In this document: positions 19,134 to 28,449 of the stretch, piece by piece
Numbering within the stretch: position 1 is the stretch's first letter
Layout of the letters: every line of letters begins with the position of its first letter
Assembly: GCA_035387885.1 (NCBI GenBank)
Contig: DAOOOW010000001.1
Span: 43,392-107,391, forward strand
Source: a bacterium
Lineage (GTDB): Bacteria > Patescibacteriota > Patescibacteriia > UBA2196
Length of the DNA stretch: 64,000 bases
Reading direction: 5' to 3'
Notes under the pieces: generated by a model
What the model was told of the DNA's origin: nothing
Database searches by the model: none
Seen by the model: the letters and a program-made list of their open reading frames with translations, nothing else
Position numbers and translations under genes: made by a program

Positions 19134-21224
19134 ATGTCTTGGCAATTAAATACTGAACTTAAAACTTTAAATAAAATGGGGGCAGATCTGGCTCCCAAAT
19201 TTAAAAAACTGGGTCTTTTAACCATTGAAGACCTGTTGTTTTATTTTCCTTTTCGTTATGATGATTATTCTAATTTAATTAAAATTGAAAAATTGGTGCC
19301 CAATATTTTAACCACACTTAGAGTTAAAGTCGAATTAATTAGCAGCAGACGTTCTTTTAAAAAACACATGTTAATTACCGAAGCTGTGGTGGCCGACGAA
19401 ACTGGCCAAATTAAAATTATTTGGTTTAATCAAAATTTTATTGCTAAAATTTTAAATATTGGCGATGAAATTTATTTGTCAGGCAAACCCATAATCACCG
19501 ATCATAGTGCGGAATTCCATAACCCTGTATTTGAAAAAATCGGCAAGTTTGAAAAAGCCACTATGCACACCAATCGTTTGGTGCCAGTCTATTCCAGCAC
19601 TGAAAAACTTTCTCAAAAACAAATTAGATTTTTATTAAAACAAATCTTACCAGTTAGCGCGCAAATTCAAGAATGGTTACCCCAAGAAATCATGCTCCAA
19701 GAAAAATTTTTGGCCTTGCAACAAGCTATTTATCAAATTCATTTTCCCAAAGACCAAGCAACTTTGGAATTAGCCAAAAACAGATTGAAATTTGATGAAA
19801 TATTTTTATTACAAATTCATTCTGGTTTAATTAAAAAAGAATTGGCTCAGTTGCAAAGCCCCAAAATTAATTTTTTTGCCACAGAAACTAAAGAATTTGT
19901 GGACCAGCTACCTTTTAAATTAACCGACTCGCAAAAAAAAGCTGCTTGGGAAATTATTAAAAATTTAAATCACGGCAAACCCATGAACCGTTTGCTCGAA
20001 GGTGATGTGGGTTCTGGCAAAACCATTGCCGTAGCCTTGGCGATTTTTAATGTGCTCTTAAATAAATTGCAGGTGGCCTGCATGGAACCTACGGAAATTT
20101 TAGCCCAGCAACAGTTTAATGTTTTTAAAAAAAATTTTCAAAAATATAATTTTAACATTGCCCTTTTAACCAGTTCTTTAACCTATTTTAACAATGAACA
20201 TCTAAGTAAAAAAGAACTACTTAAAAAAATAAAAGACCGCACGGTCGATTTAGTTATTGGCACGCATGCTTTAATTCAAGAAAAAGTTATTTTTAATAAT
20301 TTGGCTCTAGTGGTTATCGATGAACAACACCGCTTTGGGGTAAGTCAAAGAAAAATGCTTAAAGAAAAATCTCAGAGCAACAAAAATATTCAAACCATGC
20401 CCCATTTATTGTCGATGACCGCGACTCCCATTCCTCGCTCTTTAAGTCTGACCCTTTATGGCGATTTGGATTTATCTATTATTGATGAAATGCCCTTGGC
20501 CCGCATGGCTATTCAAACAGAAATTATTGGTCCAGAAAAAAGAGCTCAAGTTTATAATTTTATCAAAGAACAAATCCAAGCCGGCCATCAAATTTTTATT
20601 GTTTGTCCTTTGATTGATCCTTCGGATAAACTGGGTGTTAAAGCCGTGGTTGAAGAGTTTGAAAAATTGGATAAAAAAATATTCCCGGAAATTTCCGTGG
20701 GTTTATTACACGGACGGCTTAAGGTCGAAGAAAAAGAAAAAATAATGCAAGATTTTAAAGCCCAAAAAATTAAAATCCTCGTAGCTACCGCGGTGATTGA
20801 AGTGGGTATCGATATACCTAATGCCACAGTCATGATGATCGAATCAGCAGAAAGATTTGGGCTTTCGCAATTGCATCAACTTCGCGGTCGGGTTGGCAGA
20901 AGTGAATACCAATCATATTGTTTTTTAATGACTGAATCTGAAAGTCCAGAAACTATGCGTCGTATGCATGCTATGCTCACAGCCAAAAATGGTTTTGAAC
21001 TAGCAGAAAAAGATTTAGAGTTTAGAGGTCCTGGAGAAATTTATGGCATTAAACAATCGGGTTTTAATGATCTTTTAAAAATTGCTAAACTCACCGATTG
21101 GTTATTGATTAAAAAAGCCAAACCTTGGGTTGATAAAATTTTACACATAGATCCAACTTTAAACAAATTTCCACTCATTAAAGAGAAAATCAAGAATTTT
21201 GAAATGAATTTACATTTTGAATAA
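19134..21224 (+). CDS. recG: ATP-dependent DNA helicase RecG
   Basis: MNRLLEGDVGSGKT, DEQHRFGV, QLHQLRGRVGR. Confidence 0.97.
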   Translation: MSWQLNTELKTLNKMGADLAPKFKKLGLLTIEDLLFYFPFRYDDYSNLIKIEKLVPNILTTLRVKVELISSRRSFKKHMLITEAVVADETGQIKIIWFNQNFIAKILNIGDEIYLSGKPIITDHSAEFHNPVFEKIGKFEKATMHTNRLVPVYSSTEKLSQKQIRFLLKQILPVSAQIQEWLPQEIMLQEKFLALQQAIYQIHFPKDQATLELAKNRLKFDEIFLLQIHSGLIKKELAQLQSPKINFFATETKEFVDQLPFKLTDSQKKAAWEIIKNLNHGKPMNRLLEGDVGSGKTIAVALAIFNVLLNKLQVACMEPTEILAQQQFNVFKKNFQKYNFNIALLTSSLTYFNNEHLSKKELLKKIKDRTVDLVIGTHALIQEKVIFNNLALVVIDEQHRFGVSQRKMLKEKSQSNKNIQTMPHLLSMTATPIPRSLSLTLYGDLDLSIIDEMPLARMAIQTEIIGPEKRAQVYNFIKEQIQAGHQIFIVCPLIDPSDKLGVKAVVEEFEKLDKKIFPEISVGLLHGRLKVEEKEKIMQDFKAQKIKILVATAVIEVGIDIPNATVMMIESAERFGLSQLHQLRGRVGRSEYQSYCFLMTESESPETMRRMHAMLTAKNGFELAEKDLEFRGPGEIYGIKQSGFNDLLKIAKLTDWLLIKKAKPWVDKILHIDPTLNKFPLIKEKIKNFEMNLHFE

Positions 21225-21317
21225 AGAAATAAACTTAGTAGCTTGCCTACTTTTTTAAAAAATGATACTCTAATACTACTGTTAACAATTAACCAGAGCT
21301 TTGCTCTTACAAATATT

Positions 21318-21575
21318 ATGCCTGAAACAAAAATTACTATTTATTCCACCCCCTATTGTGGATATTGCAAAATGGTCAAACAATATTTAGATGAACACAA
21401 AATTGGCTACACTGATATTGATGTCATGGTCGATGAAAAAGCAGCCCAATATATGGTTGAAAAAACCAAGCAACAAGGCGTACCGGTCACCATTATTGAA
21501 AAAGACGGCCAAGAAAATATTATCATTGGTTTTAATAAAGCAGAATTAGCTAAAATTTTAAATATTAATAATTAA
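21318..21575 (+). CDS. Glutaredoxin-like (NrdH/YruB-type) protein
   Basis: YSTPYCGYC, QQGVPV. Confidence 0.88.
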   Translation: MPETKITIYSTPYCGYCKMVKQYLDEHKIGYTDIDVMVDEKAAQYMVEKTKQQGVPVTIIEKDGQENIIIGFNKAELAKILNINN

Positions 21576-21614
21576 CAACCAGTTGTTTTTTAACAATGGT
21601 CAAATATATTTTAT

Positions 21615-22343
21615 ATGTCAGAAACAAAAAATGAATCCAAAAAATTTATCACTGATTCCCCTAAAACAAATTTTTTTATTGGTCTTGTTTTGGGTGTTGC
21701 TATCATCTCCACAATCGGTTTTGTAGGACTTGGTATAACCAAAAAAGATTCTACTAAAAACACTGCCACTAATTCTGAGAACTCTGGGCAACAAGTAGCT
21801 GGTGAACAGGCTGAAGCGAAAGAACCTGTTGTTGATTTAAAAATTACTGACAGCGACCATGTCTGGGGTGATAAAAATGCTCCAGTAAAAATATTCGAAT
21901 TTTCAGATTTTCAATGCCCTTACTGTGCCAAACATCATGAAACACTAAAAAAAATAGTTGAAGATTATGATGGTCAGGTGGCTTGGGTTTTTAAACAATT
22001 TCCTATTCAATCACATCCTTTGGGTATGCCAGGAGCTTTGGCTTCTGAATGTGCCAATGAGCAAGGAAAATTTTGGGAAATGTCTGATATGATTTTTTCT
22101 AATCAAAGCACTTTAACTGCCGAAAGTTTTGCCAGTTTTGCTAAAGACTTAGGTTTAGACACAGAAAAATTTAATACTTGTGTTAAAGACGCCAAATACA
22201 CCGAAAGAATTACTGCTGATTATAATTTAGGTATTGATTCTGGAGTGCAAGGCACACCATCTAACTTCATCAACAACAAATTAGTTCCTGGCGCTTTGCC
22301 ATACGAAAATATAAAAAGCGTGATTGATGACTTGTTAAAATAA
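21615..22343 (+). CDS. Membrane-anchored DsbA/thioredoxin-fold oxidoreductase
   Basis: EFSDFQCPYC, GVQGTP. Confidence 0.9.
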   Translation: MSETKNESKKFITDSPKTNFFIGLVLGVAIISTIGFVGLGITKKDSTKNTATNSENSGQQVAGEQAEAKEPVVDLKITDSDHVWGDKNAPVKIFEFSDFQCPYCAKHHETLKKIVEDYDGQVAWVFKQFPIQSHPLGMPGALASECANEQGKFWEMSDMIFSNQSTLTAESFASFAKDLGLDTEKFNTCVKDAKYTERITADYNLGIDSGVQGTPSNFINNKLVPGALPYENIKSVIDDLLK

Positions 22344-22429
22344 TCACTTGCTAATTAGAGCGAATTAATTGCTAATTTTACGAATATTTTAAAAGACCGT
22401 TATAAACGGTCTTTTAAAATTTTAAATTA

Positions 22430-23275
22430 TTATTTTACTTTAGACAGTTTAATTAAATTTTTAAAAAGATAAGCTACAGTTAATGGTCCAACCCCACCAG
22501 GCACAGGAGAAATATATTTTGTTTTAATTAAGCAACTTGGGTCAACGTCCCCAAATATTTTTTTGCCAACTCGATTTATACCTACATCAATTATGATAGC
22601 ATCTTTTTTTAGCATAGCTGGCTTTAAAAAATTTTTCTTACCAAGAGCGATAATAACAATACGGTAATTGGTAATTGGTAATTGGTAATTGGTAAATTGA
22701 CTTTTTGATTTTATAAAAACTTTAATTTTTTCTTTGGCTAATTCTTTTTTTAGAGATTCAGCAAATTCTTGACTATGACACAAGATGACGGCTTTTTTAT
22801 TAATTAATTTTTGTTTAGATAATTTAATCAAATGTAAAATACTCTGGATGGTTGGAGAAATTATCTCTGGTGACCTCTCCCCAACCCTCTCCTTATAAAG
22901 GAGAGGGGGATGCAGCCCGTCTACATCCTTTTTTTTGTCAATCAAAGAAATAATCTTATTAGTCTTAAATTTTTTAGGTAATGGTAGTTGCACCATTAGG
23001 CCAGTTATTTTTTTATCATTATTTAATTTTTTAATTAAGTTAACTATTTTTTGCTCGCTAACAGTTTCTGATAAATGATATTTAAAAAAATTAACACCAA
23101 TTTCTTTGGCGCGTTTTTCTTTGATAGCCACATAAATTTTTGAGGCCGGATCATGCCCAACTAAAATCACCGCCAAAGTTGGTTTAAATTTTAATTTCGC
23201 GATTTGTTTTTTCAAATCTAAAAATATTTTTTCTGCTTCTTTGGAACCATCAAGCAAAATTTGACTGTTGAGCAT
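22430..23275 (-). CDS. folD: Bifunctional methylenetetrahydrofolate dehydrogenase/cyclohydrolase, with two in-frame repeat insertions
   Basis: VQLPLP, KDVDGLHP, DVGINR, SPVPGGVGPLTV. Confidence 0.93.
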   Translation of the reverse strand: MLNSQILLDGSKEAEKIFLDLKKQIAKLKFKPTLAVILVGHDPASKIYVAIKEKRAKEIGVNFFKYHLSETVSEQKIVNLIKKLNNDKKITGLMVQLPLPKKFKTNKIISLIDKKKDVDGLHPPLLYKERVGERSPEIISPTIQSILHLIKLSKQKLINKKAVILCHSQEFAESLKKELAKEKIKVFIKSKSQFTNYQLPITNYRIVIIALGKKNFLKPAMLKKDAIIIDVGINRVGKKIFGDVDPSCLIKTKYISPVPGGVGPLTVAYLFKNLIKLSKVK

Positions 23276-23325
23276 ATTTTTAGTAAGGTTAGGTTATTAA
23301 ATTAACCTTATTACTCGGAGGAAAA

Positions 23326-23478
23326 ATGAACTTTTTTATCTTTTCAATACTCACCACAAGTGCTTTATTAATCATGGGTATATGGGTTGGTGTTTCTATT
23401 TTTCGTGGCACCACCAATGGAACATGGCGTTATTTGACAAAAAGCGTGTTTCACAGAATATTCACACGAAAGGAGTAA
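23326..23478 (+). CDS. Small membrane protein (50 aa)
   Basis: SD GGAGG; MNFFIFSILTTSALLIMGIWVGV hydrophobic N-terminus (translated by eye). Confidence 0.5.
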   Translation: MNFFIFSILTTSALLIMGIWVGVSIFRGTTNGTWRYLTKSVFHRIFTRKE

Positions 23479-23482
23479 ACTA

Positions 23483-23776
23483 ATGTAATCATTAACAGGG
23501 GATTTTCTACCGGTTATCCACCATTGGAAAATTTCAGGAACTGCTTTTTTAATCAAATTATTAAAAGAAGCATATGACGCAGACCCTCTAATTATTCCAA
23601 TACATGTTTGTATGACTCGCAATCTATTTTTTGAAAAAAGAATCGCTACCCATGACTTCCGTCTTGGAAAATACTTGTTACGTCTGCCCATGTGGACAGG
23701 CAAAGAAGCACGGGAGGAGCTTGAGTGTAATCAAATGCTTCATTTTAAAATTACTGAAATTTCTCATCAAGAATAA
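23483..23776 (+). pseudogene. Orphan ORF with TAA at codon 2
   Basis: SD AAGGAG, then ATG TAA followed by about 95 open codons in the same frame. Confidence 0.5.
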
Positions 23777-23836
23777 TAACAAAAAACGCAAAATACAATA
23801 TTTTCAACTACTCAGCAGCACTCCCAAGGAGGCACT

Positions 23837-24040
23837 ATGACATTCCAAGAGGTAGCCATAAGACGTTACTTCATCTGCAAAAAAAATGGTGTTTTATATT
23901 TCAAGACGTCAGAAACAAATGCGCGATATTGGATTATGCATAAAGCAACGTGGGGCGAGGTTACAAATGAGGATCTTCCAAAGCTGGGGGATGTTTTCAT
24001 ACCCAGTGCTGAGGAACTCACAGAAAGACTGGACATCTGA
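23837..24040 (+). CDS. Hypothetical protein
   Basis: SD AAGGAGG; downstream terminator CTGCCAGTT..AACTGGCAG-T-run. Confidence 0.6.
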   Translation: MTFQEVAIRRYFICKKNGVLYFKTSETNARYWIMHKATWGEVTNEDLPKLGDVFIPSAEELTERLDI

Positions 24041-24178
24041 AAATAATTGTCTCTCCATCTGCCAGTTGCAAAACTGGCAGTTTTTATTTTTTAAATTTTA
24101 AATTTATTTAGTCTTGCAATTGTGAGTAGTTTAAAAAATGTCTCACCTGGCCCCCTCCCCTTAATAGGGGGGGTAGTA

Positions 24179-24556
24179 TTATTTTTTATTATTTTTTATC
24201 TCTTCACCAGTAATCCATATTTTTTCCACAACCGAATCAATATTGTCAAAAATTTCTTTACTATTAAATCTTTCAACAATTATACCTATTGATTCTAAAT
24301 ATTTTTGTCTTCTATTATCATACTCCGCTTGATCATCATACTCATGGGTACGCCCATCAATTTCAATACATAATTTAAGAGTTGGTGCGTAAAAATCTAC
24401 TATGTAAGATCCAATACTGTATTGTCTTTTGAATTTATATCCCAATTGATTGGCTTTAAGTTTTGACCATAATAATCTTTCACCTTTAGGCATGGATTGT
24501 CTTAACAATCTTCTAACGCTTTTCTTCTCTTCTGTGTTATAGAGTGTGGTGAGCAT
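24179..24556 (-). CDS. DUF559 / Vsr-like endonuclease domain protein
   Basis: LRQSMPKGERLLW, FKRQYSIGSYIVDFY, IEIDGRTH. Confidence 0.9.
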   Translation of the reverse strand: MLTTLYNTEEKKSVRRLLRQSMPKGERLLWSKLKANQLGYKFKRQYSIGSYIVDFYAPTLKLCIEIDGRTHEYDDQAEYDNRRQKYLESIGIIVERFNSKEIFDNIDSVVEKIWITGEEIKNNKK

Positions 24557-24604
24557 AGAATACACCTCTCCCTACCCTCTCCTTATAAAGGAGAGGGGAA
24601 ATAA

Positions 24605-25837
24605 TTAAACTTTAAATCTCTTGGTTAATTGTCCAACTTCCCTTAAAATTTGTTCTGGATTTCTTTTTTCAATTAAATCCTCATAAATCCATTTGGCAAT
24701 CATTTTCATTTCTTTTTCTCGCATCCCGCGAGTGGTACAAGCTGGTGTGCCGAGACGAATGCCGGATGGTTTAAAAGGCGAACCTGTTTCATATGGAACA
24801 GCATTTTTATTGCAAACTATGCCTGCTTTGTCTAACAAAACAGCAGCGTCGTGGCCATTAATATTTTTATCACGTAAATCAATTAATAATAAATGTTTGT
24901 CTGTGCCACCAGAAATAATTCTAAAACCATATTTTTTTAGCTCACTGGCCAAAACTTTGGCATTTTTAAGCACTTGTCTGGCGTATTTTTTGAATTTCAA
25001 ACTTTCAACTTCTTGCAAGCATACACCAATAGCCGCAACTACACTATTAAATGGTCCACCTTGTAAACTAGGAAAAATTCCTCGATCAATTTTATCTTTT
25101 AATTCTTGTCTACAAATAATTATGGCGCCTCTTGGCCCTCTTAAAGTTTTTTGTGTGGACATGGTTACCACGTCAGCGTCTGGAAAAGGTGAGCCCAAAG
25201 CTTTACCAGCCACTAAGCCGGCTTCGTGGGCAATGTCAGCTAAATAATAAGCTCCAACTTTTTTAGCGATTTCTGACATTTTCTTGTAATTAATTTCTCG
25301 CGCATAAGCCGTGCCACCAGAAATAATTAAATTAGGTTTTTCTTTTTTAGCCAGTTTTAAAATTTTATTATAATCAAAAACTTCAGTGTTTTTTTCCACA
25401 CCATAATAAGCAACATTAAAAATTTTTGAAGATAAAGAAATGGGTTTGCCAGACGGTAGTTTCCAACCATGCGATAGATGCCCGCCGTCGGTTAAATTCA
25501 TGGCTAATATTTTTTGTCCGGGCTCTAACAAACCGCTGATTACAGCTAAGTTGGCAATCGAAGCCGAAACTGCTTTGCAATTTACATGCCAATTTTTTTC
25601 TTTTAAACCAAAAACTTTTAAAGCTCTTTTATTGGTTAGATTTTCAATTTCATCAATAATTTCATTGCCCTGATAATATCTTTTACCAGGTTCGCCTTCA
25701 GAATATTTATTAGCTAAAACAGAACTCAAAACTCCCCGAACATTTGGGGAGGCATAATTTTCCGAAGCAATCAAAGTAATTTTTTCTTGTTGTCTCTTTG
25801 CTTCTTTTTTAATTAAATTATTAATTTCTTGATCCAT
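24605..25837 (-). CDS. glyA: Serine hydroxymethyltransferase
   Basis: LIASENY, GGHLSHG, STQKTLRGPRG, GIRLGTPA. Confidence 0.96.
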   Translation of the reverse strand: MDQEINNLIKKEAKRQQEKITLIASENYASPNVRGVLSSVLANKYSEGEPGKRYYQGNEIIDEIENLTNKRALKVFGLKEKNWHVNCKAVSASIANLAVISGLLEPGQKILAMNLTDGGHLSHGWKLPSGKPISLSSKIFNVAYYGVEKNTEVFDYNKILKLAKKEKPNLIISGGTAYAREINYKKMSEIAKKVGAYYLADIAHEAGLVAGKALGSPFPDADVVTMSTQKTLRGPRGAIIICRQELKDKIDRGIFPSLQGGPFNSVVAAIGVCLQEVESLKFKKYARQVLKNAKVLASELKKYGFRIISGGTDKHLLLIDLRDKNINGHDAAVLLDKAGIVCNKNAVPYETGSPFKPSGIRLGTPACTTRGMREKEMKMIAKWIYEDLIEKRNPEQILREVGQLTKRFKV

Positions 25838-25872
25838 TTTTTAAATTATAAATATTTAAATTTTATTTCCCA

Positions 25873-25988
25873 TACCCTTAGTAGGAGTTGAAGCTTCAAT
25901 TGAAAAGTAAACTGCTTTACTTTTAATTAGCCAAAACTGGCGAAGCGTTATCCCGAACACTCGGGATCGCTGAGCCCTCGGACCTACA
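25873..25988 (-). mobile_element. Duplicated tRNA-Arg 3' arm with a double-hairpin element in the T-loop
   Basis: Minus strand TGTAGGTCCG + insert (25978-25887, contains AAAGCAGTTT) + TCCTACTAAGGGTA. Confidence 0.75.
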
Positions 25989-26004
25989 AAAATTTTATTA
26001 ATCT

Positions 26005-26076
26005 TACCCCCGGTAGGAATCGGACCTACATAACCAGCTTAGAAGGCTGGTGTTCTATCCATTGAACTACAGGGGC
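26005..26076 (-). tRNA. tRNA-Arg(TCT)
   Basis: CCAGC-CTTCTAA-GCTGG anticodon arm; cloverleaf. Confidence 0.93.
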
Positions 26077-26112
26077 ATAAGTAATAAAATTTATAAAAAT
26101 TATTTTTAACAT

Positions 26113-26347
26113 TACCCTCGGTAGGAGTTGCGGCGTTAAACCCCGCAAAATGCGGGGTAGTCACAAAGGGTTGAGCTTTATGCCGACAGGCATAGCGAAA
26201 CCTTCGAACCTTTATAAATAGCTTAGAAGGCTACTGCACTTGGGTTTGTTGATTCCTTCGGCATAACAACAAACCCGTTCTCGCACCAAAGCACTTAAAG
26301 CAGTTTAAGTGCTTTGGTCAGCTCGAACTCCATTGTGCTACAGGTCA
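26113..26347 (-). pseudogene. tRNA-Arg(TCT)-like pseudogene with insertions in both the D-loop and T-loop
   Basis: Removing 26241-26328 and 26127-26203 gives GACCTGTAGCACAATGGA-AGTGCAGTAGCCTTCTAAGCTATTTATAAAGGTTCGA-TCCTACCGAGGGTA; acceptor stem degenerate. Confidence 0.75.
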
Positions 26348-26526
26348 GCAAGAAATAAAATTTATAAAAACCAGTTTTATTCTATCCTATTTCTCCTAAT
26401 CTTGCAAGATTTTAAAACTTATGTTAATATAAAAATATTATTTTATAATTATTATTAATGACGTTTTTCTTGGCTTAAGGTCAAGTCTAACACACCTAAA
26501 GCTCGGATAAACGCCAAATTAAAACT

Positions 26527-26868
26527 ATGTTAGACAAAAAAATAAAAGAAGCCCTTATCAAAAAATTTCGTATCCACGAAACAGATTCTGGTTCGACTGA
26601 AGTTCAAATTGCTATTTTAAGTGAAGAAATTAAAGAATTGGCTGATCATTTAAAATCTCATAAAAAAGATTTTTCTTCCAGAAGAGGTTTGCTTAGAAAA
26701 ATTGGCCAACGCAGAAAATTATTAAAATTTTTAGAAAAAGATAATCCTCAGAGTTTTGAAACTCTGGCTAAAAAGTTAAAATTAAAAAAGATTGAAGAAC
26801 CCGAAGAAGAAAAAATTGGCCTTGAAGATGACCTTATTAAAATCGATGAGGAAGAATCTTTGGCTTAA
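26527..26868 (+). CDS. rpsO: 30S ribosomal protein S15
   Basis: DSGSTEVQIAIL, HKKDFSSRRGLL. Confidence 0.97.
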   Translation: MLDKKIKEALIKKFRIHETDSGSTEVQIAILSEEIKELADHLKSHKKDFSSRRGLLRKIGQRRKLLKFLEKDNPQSFETLAKKLKLKKIEEPEEEKIGLEDDLIKIDEEESLA

Positions 26869-26880
26869 AAACAAAAAAAT

Positions 26881-27570
26881 ATGCAAGAAACAAATTTATT
26901 TGAAGAAATTTTAAAAATTAAATTCAATAATCAAGATCTTTTAAAACAAGCCCTCATCCATCGTTCCTATCTTAATGAGCATGCAGATTTTGCTTTAGGA
27001 CACAACGAAAGATTAGAATTTCTTGGTGATGCTGTTTTGGAATTAATTGTGACTGAAAATCTTTACCAAAATTACCCTAATCCCGAAGGCGAAATGACCA
27101 ACTGGCGGGCTTCTTTAGTTAATGCCAAAATGCTAGCTGAAATTGCCCATTCTTTAAATGTGGAAAAATTTCTTTTCCTGTCCAAGGGTGAGGCTAAAGA
27201 TAAAAATCCTAAAGCTAGAAACTATATTTTAGCCAATGCCATGGAAGCAGTAATTGGAGCTATCTATTTAGATCAAGGTTTTGAAGTTGTTAAAAAATTT
27301 ATTTTAGAAAATATTGTCATAAAATTACCAGCCATTTTGGCCAACAAATCTTATGTGGATGCTAAATCTAGATTTCAAGAAATGGCTCAGGAAGAAACCG
27401 GAGTCACCCCTTCTTATATTGTTTTAGAAGAATCTGGACCTGATCATAATAAAAAATTTATAATTGGAGTTTATTTGGAAGATGAATTGATTGCCAAAGG
27501 TGAAGGCACTTCCAAACAAGAAGCTCAAATGGCAGCGGCCGAAGAGGGTTTAAAAGTTAAAAATTGGTAA
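26881..27570 (+). CDS. rnc: Ribonuclease III
   Basis: HNERLEFLGDAVLEL plus dsRBD. Confidence 0.97.
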   Translation: MQETNLFEEILKIKFNNQDLLKQALIHRSYLNEHADFALGHNERLEFLGDAVLELIVTENLYQNYPNPEGEMTNWRASLVNAKMLAEIAHSLNVEKFLFLSKGEAKDKNPKARNYILANAMEAVIGAIYLDQGFEVVKKFILENIVIKLPAILANKSYVDAKSRFQEMAQEETGVTPSYIVLEESGPDHNKKFIIGVYLEDELIAKGEGTSKQEAQMAAAEEGLKVKNW

Positions 27571-27791
27571 AACGAATTCACATATAATTAAATCTATTTT
27601 ACAACCTAAAAATGGAGGTTAAATGATTTTATTAAAAAAAATAAAAATATCAGCCATCATAAAATTAATTTTTCATTTCTTGAAATTAATTTTTGATTTT
27701 TTGTGGGTTCATATTTTTTTTGTTTGTTATGTTTTTTACAAAACACCAATTATTGTGTTTAAATATCACTATAAACAAAGGAGCATAATTA

Positions 27792-28042
27792 ATGGCTGAG
27801 CCAAATACTGAAGAAATTGTTCTAAATAAAAAAAAATTTTGAATATGCTCCATCGGGTCATTGTTGAGCATGGCGATAAAAGCAGAGAAAAACCTGTTTT
27901 GTTTCGCTTAAATAATGGGGTGTGGCAATTTGTCTGCACCATGGCGCATTTGGGGCATATTGGAAATCTTGAGTATGTCAAAATTTGCAACAAAAAAATA
28001 GAACTTCTTGAAAGAGAAATCAGAAAAAAAATGAAAAAATAA
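27792..28042 (+). pseudogene. Orphan ORF split at an A9 tract
   Basis: SD AAGGAG + ATG at 27792 stops right after A9 (27828-27836); the reading continues in ORF 27839-28042. Confidence 0.45.
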
Positions 28043-28055
28043 TAAGGAGGGCTAT

Positions 28056-28253
28056 ATGGAATTCGAAAAAAAAACACTGAAAAAAATTAGAGACATGAAA
28101 AAAGAATGGTCGAAACAAGGAATACCAGTAATTGATGTTGGAGAACCACAACAAGATTGCACCTGTAATCATCCGCGCGCTAATCGCACTTTTGGCAAAA
28201 GATCTGCTGAATCTCCTATGCTTTTTTTACACCACGAGGAGACAGCTTGCTAG
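28056..28253 (+). CDS. Hypothetical protein
   Basis: SD AAGGAGG; terminator CCTTGGCCC..GGGTCCAAGG-T-run downstream. Confidence 0.55.
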   Translation: MEFEKKTLKKIRDMKKEWSKQGIPVIDVGEPQQDCTCNHPRANRTFGKRSAESPMLFLHHEETAC

Positions 28254-28449
28254 AAGCAAAGAGTACTCTTCAACTTATACCTTGGCCCTTTTGGGTCCAA
28301 GGTTTTTTATTTTCCCAACTTATTTATTACTATTACCCCTTATTAATCTTTACTTATTACTTATTACTTATTCATCTTGACCTCAGCTCAAATTAGCTGT
28401 ATAATTGTGTTAAATATAGACACTTCGTAATTATCTCTTTTACAAAAAT

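Noticed and set aside
26113-26347. Functional intron-containing tRNA
   Set aside because: Acceptor and T stems pair poorly after removing the inserts, and no bulge-helix-bulge or group I/II core was recognised; treated as a pseudogene.
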